Source: Sphaerodactylus townsendi (lineage: Eukaryota). From it: a DNA stretch of 64,000 bases. A model generated the notes under the pieces. It saw only the letters and a program-made list of their open reading frames with translations, was not told where the DNA came from and did not search any database. Positions within the stretch are counted from its first letter, which is position 1. Each line of letters starts with the position of its first letter. Where the stretch lies: NCBI RefSeq assembly GCF_021028975.2, contig NC_059427.1, forward strand, positions 121,582,001-121,646,000, written 5' to 3'. Shown here piece after piece: positions 59,836 through 64,000 of this stretch. Both the position numbers and the translations under genes were made by a program.

Positions 59836-62800
59836 GTAAGAACATAAGAACTAGCCTGCTGGATCAGACCAGAGTCCATCTAGTCCAGCACTCTGCTACT
59901 CGCAGTGGCCCACCAGGTGCCTTTGGGAGCTCACGTGCAGGATGTGAAAGCAGTGGCCTTCTGCTGCTGCTGCTCCTGAGCACCTGGTCTGCTAAGGCAT
60001 TTGCAATCTGAGATCAAGGAGGATCAAGATTGGTAGCCATAGATCGACTTCTCCTCCATAAATCTGTCCAAGCCCTTTTTAAAGCTATCCAGGTTAGTGG
60101 CCATCACCACCTCCTGTGGCCGCATATTCCAAACACCAATCACACGTGTGAAGAAGTGTTTCCTTTTATTAGTCCTAATTCTTCCCCCCAGCATTTTCAA
60201 TGAATGCCCCCTGGTTCTAGTATTGTGAGAAAGAGAGAAAAATTTATCTCTGTCAACATTTTCTACCCCATGCATAATTTTATAGACTTCAATCATATCC
60301 CCTCTCAGATGCCTCCTCTCCAAACTAAAGAGTCCCAAACGCTGCAGCCTCTCCTCATAAGGAAGGTGCTCCAATCCTTCAATCATCCTCATTGCCCTTC
60401 TCTGCACTTTTTCTATCTCTTCGATATCCTTTTTGAGATGTGGCGACCAGAACTGAACACAGTACTCCAAGTGCGGTCACCCAAATCCCTTTCCTGGTCT
60501 GTGACTGATAGCACTGACCCTTGTAGCGTGTATGTGAAGTTTGGATTTTTTGCCCCTGTAGTCGACCCACGCGGTCAGCGTAAGAACGAGACGAGACGCG
60601 GAGATAACATCTGGTGGAGATCGCCAGCAGCGGGAGACCGGAGGTCCGTGTTCCTAGCGAATCTCCCGTCTGCCGGTTCCTGGCACCTTTTATTGTTACT
60701 CTATCGGGGGCGTGTAGGAGGGAGGACCGGGGGGAGTTCCGGGAGAACGGGAGGCGGGAGGTCGGGAGATCATCATGTGATGTATGATCTCATCTGGCTA
60801 CGTGCGGAGAGGAGCGTACGCGTCTGAGCCTAATCCTCACCTGGGGGCGAGACCATTGTCCCTGCGCCCGGTGATTGAGCCAGACAGTTCATGACCCGTG
60901 ACTCATGGGGGGATGAGGAGTGGGGGTGCGATGCGACCGGCAAGGCCGCGGGTCCGTTGGCGTCCCAACGTTCTACCACGGCGCTGCTGGGTCGGCAGTG
61001 CACTACTACAGCCCCTATGTGCATAACTTTGCATTTTGCTACATTGAACTGCATTTGCCATTTCTTAGCCCAATCACCTAATTTATTAAGGTCCGCTTGG
61101 AGCTCTTCGCAATCCTTTGTGGTTCTCACCACCCTACACAATTTGGTATCATCTGCAAACTTGGCCACTACGCTACCCACCCCTACTTCCAGGTCATTTA
61201 TGAATAAGTTAAAGAGCACTGGTCCCAATACGGATCCTTGGGGGACACCACTCCCTACATCTCTCCATTGTGAGAACTTCCCATTTATACCCACCCTTTG
61301 TTTCCTGTTCCTCAACCAGTTTTTAATCCATAGGAGGACTTCCCCTCTTATTCCTTCATTGCTGAGTTTTCTCAACAGTCTCTGGTAAGGAACTTTGTCA
61401 AAAGCCTTTTGGAAATCCAAGTAGACAATGTCCACTGGTTCCCCCTTATCCACATGCCTGTTTACACCCTCAAAGAACTCTAGTAAGTTTGTAAGACAGG
61501 ACTTGCCTCTGCAAAAGCCATGCTGACTCTTCCTCAGCAGGTCTTGCTTTTCTACATGTTTAATAATTTTATCTTTAATGATAGATTCTACTAATTTACC
61601 AGGAACAGATGTCAAACTGACTGGTCTGTAATTTCCTGGGTCCCCCCTAGACCCTTTCTTAAAGATTGGGGTGACATTGGCCATTTTCCAGTCTTCAGGG
61701 ATGGAGGCAGCTTTGAGGGATAAGTTGCATATTAAAGTGAGAACATCAGCAATTTCATGCTTGAGCTCTTTAAGAACTCTTGGATGAATGCAATCTGGGC
61801 CAGGGGATTTGGTAGCATTTAGTTTATCAATGGCTGCCAGAACTTCTTCCTTGTCTACCACTATCTTTGCTAGTTCCTCGGATTCACCTACTAAGAAGCT
61901 TGGTTCAGGTGTGGGAATTTTCCTCATCTCCTCTTGGGTGAAGACAGATGCAAAGAATTCATTCAGCTTCTCTGCAATCTCCCTGTCATCTTTTAGCACA
62001 CCTTTTGTTCCTTCATCATCTAACGGGCCTACCGCTTCCCTAGCTGGCTTCCTGCTTTTGATGTACTTGAAGAACTGTTTGTTGCTGGTCTTGATGTTCG
62101 CAGCCATGCGTTCCTCATAATCCTTTTTTGCCTCCCTTACAGCTAACTTGCTTCTCTTTTGCCACCATTTGTGTTCTCTCTGGTATTCTTCATCAGTTTA
62201 GTTGGACTTCCATTTTCTAAAAGACATCTTTTTTCCCTAATAATTTCCTCAACCTCCCTTGTTAACCATGGTGGCTTTCTTTTGGACTGGGCGCTGCCTT
62301 TCCTAACCTGTGGAACACATTCCAGCTGAGCTTTTAAGACTGTGTTTTTAAATAACCTCCAAGCATCTTGGATAGTTTTGACTCTCTTGATTTTCCCTTT
62401 CAGCTTCCTGCACACTATCCCCCTCATCTTTGAGAAGTTTCCCTTTCTGAAGGCAAATGTAACTACATTAGTAGTTGTCACTTGTTCGCATGCAGAGATA
62501 CCGAATCTGACAGCATTGTGGTCGCTGTTCCCTATTGGCTCAACAACACTGACTTCCTGCACCAGGTCCTGGGTACCACATAGAATTAGATCTAGGATCA
62601 CCTCTCCCCTGGTTGGTTCTACAACCATCTGCTCTAAGCCACAGTTATTTAGCATATCCAGGGATGTACTCTCCTTACTATGACCTGAACATGCATTTTT
62701 CCAGTTTATATGGGGATAGTTAAAATCGCCCATTACCACTACATTTTTGCTTTTGTTGGCCTCTCTAATTTCTTTTTCCATCTCAGAATCCTCTTGTGCA

Positions 62801-63290
62801 CTTTGGTCAGGGGGACGATAATATATTCCTAATGTTAAACTATGCTTCACCCCTGGTATTGATATCCACAGTGCTTCTGTAGAGGAATCAGCTACCCTTG
62901 CATTGTCTATTTTATGTGACACTATGCTCTCTTTGATGTAGAGGGCCACCCCACCCCCAATACGCCCTGTCCTATCCTTCCTGTAGAGCCTGTAACCTGG
63001 GATAACAGCATCCCACTGGTTCTCCTCATTCCACCATGTCTCTGTGATGCCCACTATATCAATGTCCTCCTTCAAAACTCTGTACTCCAGCTCCCCCATT
63101 TTAGGTCGAATGCTTCTACTATTAGCATAAAGACACTTGTATACTCTGTCTCTGTCCCTAACCTGGGATTTATGTGTTTTGCCCTCTAGCCTTTTGTAGA
63201 CACTATCACTTATCACATTGCTATGCTCCTCGCGATTACACCTAGCATTGGATTTGTGTTTGGTCAAACCATAAAACTTGAAACAACATC
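59836..63290 (-). mobile_element. CR1 LINE, near-complete but inactivated ORF2 (APE endonuclease + RT) with 3' UTR
   Basis: Endonuclease motifs LYANSRS, GITETWW, MGDFNYP, SDH; RT motifs YRPVSLTS, DFQKAFDKV, GVPQGSVLGP, FADD; C-terminus EYCVQFWSPH. Frameshift near 62230, deletion near 60480, solo-LTR insertion, (TTCTTATG)n tail. Confidence 0.95.
60557..61010 (-). mobile_element. Young CpG-rich solo LTR nested in the CR1 RT domain
   Basis: Inverted termini tgtagt / actaca; 5-bp TSD gcccc (60552-60556, 61011-61015); AATAAA on minus near 60690; CR1 sequence rejoins across it. Confidence 0.88.
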
Positions 63291-64000
63291 CTGGTAGATG
63301 AATAAGTGTCACAGAGTTCTGACATCCAAGGCCAGTGAGTGTCTTATATGTAAGAAACTTCCTTTCCTGACATGTCCCCTGGAAAGTGTTGTGCTCTGCT
63401 AATAACAACTTACTTGCGTCCTTGGCCAAAGAAGCATTCAGCTGTCCTCAACTAGGGCCAGGTTCTTTTCAAGCTGGCCCTGGCCTGGCGGAATGCTTTC
63501 TCAAATGAGACCAGGGCTGTGCAGAACCTATCCCGGTTCTGCAGTGCCTGCAAGATGAAGCTTTTCAACCACACCTATAGTTGAGTGCAGCAATGGGAGT
63601 GATAATATCTTGCTGACCTCCCTTCTCCCTTTCCCTCCTCTTTTCTTATAAATTGGGGAGGGGGTGTCATCCCACCCTTAGACATGTTTTAGTGCCATAG
63701 GCTAATAATTTTATAGATTCTGAAATTGATATTTGAGACAAGGGAATTAAATCACTTTGGCTGGTTAGAATAACTGGCAGGAAGATTCTCTGGAGAGAGG
63801 GAATGAGTATTAGTCCTAGTTAATCTTTAAAAGATAGCCATGCAATTTAAGCCCCAAGCTAGATGTTAAACCTACATTTTAATATAGGAGACATCCTGAT
63901 ACTAGCATTCCTTTGGTCAGATTATTAGTTGAGATCCAACCTCTATCTAGAATTGCTAACTGATAAATTAAATATCTTTCCCACTACTACTACTTTTTCT

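Noticed and set aside
60830-62107. 425-aa ORF as a host gene or a novel RT fusion
   Set aside because: It is CR1 RT; the odd C-terminus is read-through into the nested solo LTR.
35459-63980. Copies A and B as a false (haplotypic) duplication around the gap
   Set aside because: About 9% protein divergence and many private TSD-flanked insertions are far beyond expected allelic differences.
1-64000. CRISPR arrays, rRNA genes or prokaryotic systems
   Set aside because: The sequence is intron-containing vertebrate DNA; no repeat-spacer array or rRNA gene was seen.

Overview
Vertebrate genomic DNA, almost certainly a squamate reptile (Sauria-type and other squamate SINEs, CR1 and hAT elements; a gecko is plausible but not proven). 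Gene order: the 5' part of a RING/B-box1/B-box2 TRIM gene (minus, runs off the left edge; positionally where Trim80 sits in mammals); complete KCTD2 (minus, 6 coding exons, 248 aa); a CpG-island bidirectional promoter; complete ATP5PD (plus, 161 aa); then a minus-strand tandem cluster of orphan 5-HT3/ZAC-family Cys-loop ligand-gated ion channel genes. The cluster holds one decayed pseudogene (about 32.3-34.4 kb) and two intact 9-exon paralogues, copy A (36427-44061, 444 aa) and copy B (49054-58802, 443 aa). The paralogues lack the loop-B tryptophan that binds serotonin, have an unusual M2 pore helix, and carry half of their mutual amino-acid differences in the two exons encoding binding loops E, B and C. 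This suggests a ligand-diversifying receptor family of unknown function and is the main candidate for a novel system. The window also has many transposable elements with intact target-site duplications (three solo LTRs, several hATs including an OC1-like copy, a decayed CR1, a palindromic Penelope relic with hammerhead motifs) and a 168-N assembly gap. All alignments were done by eye; human/mouse reference sequences and synteny are recalled, not searched.
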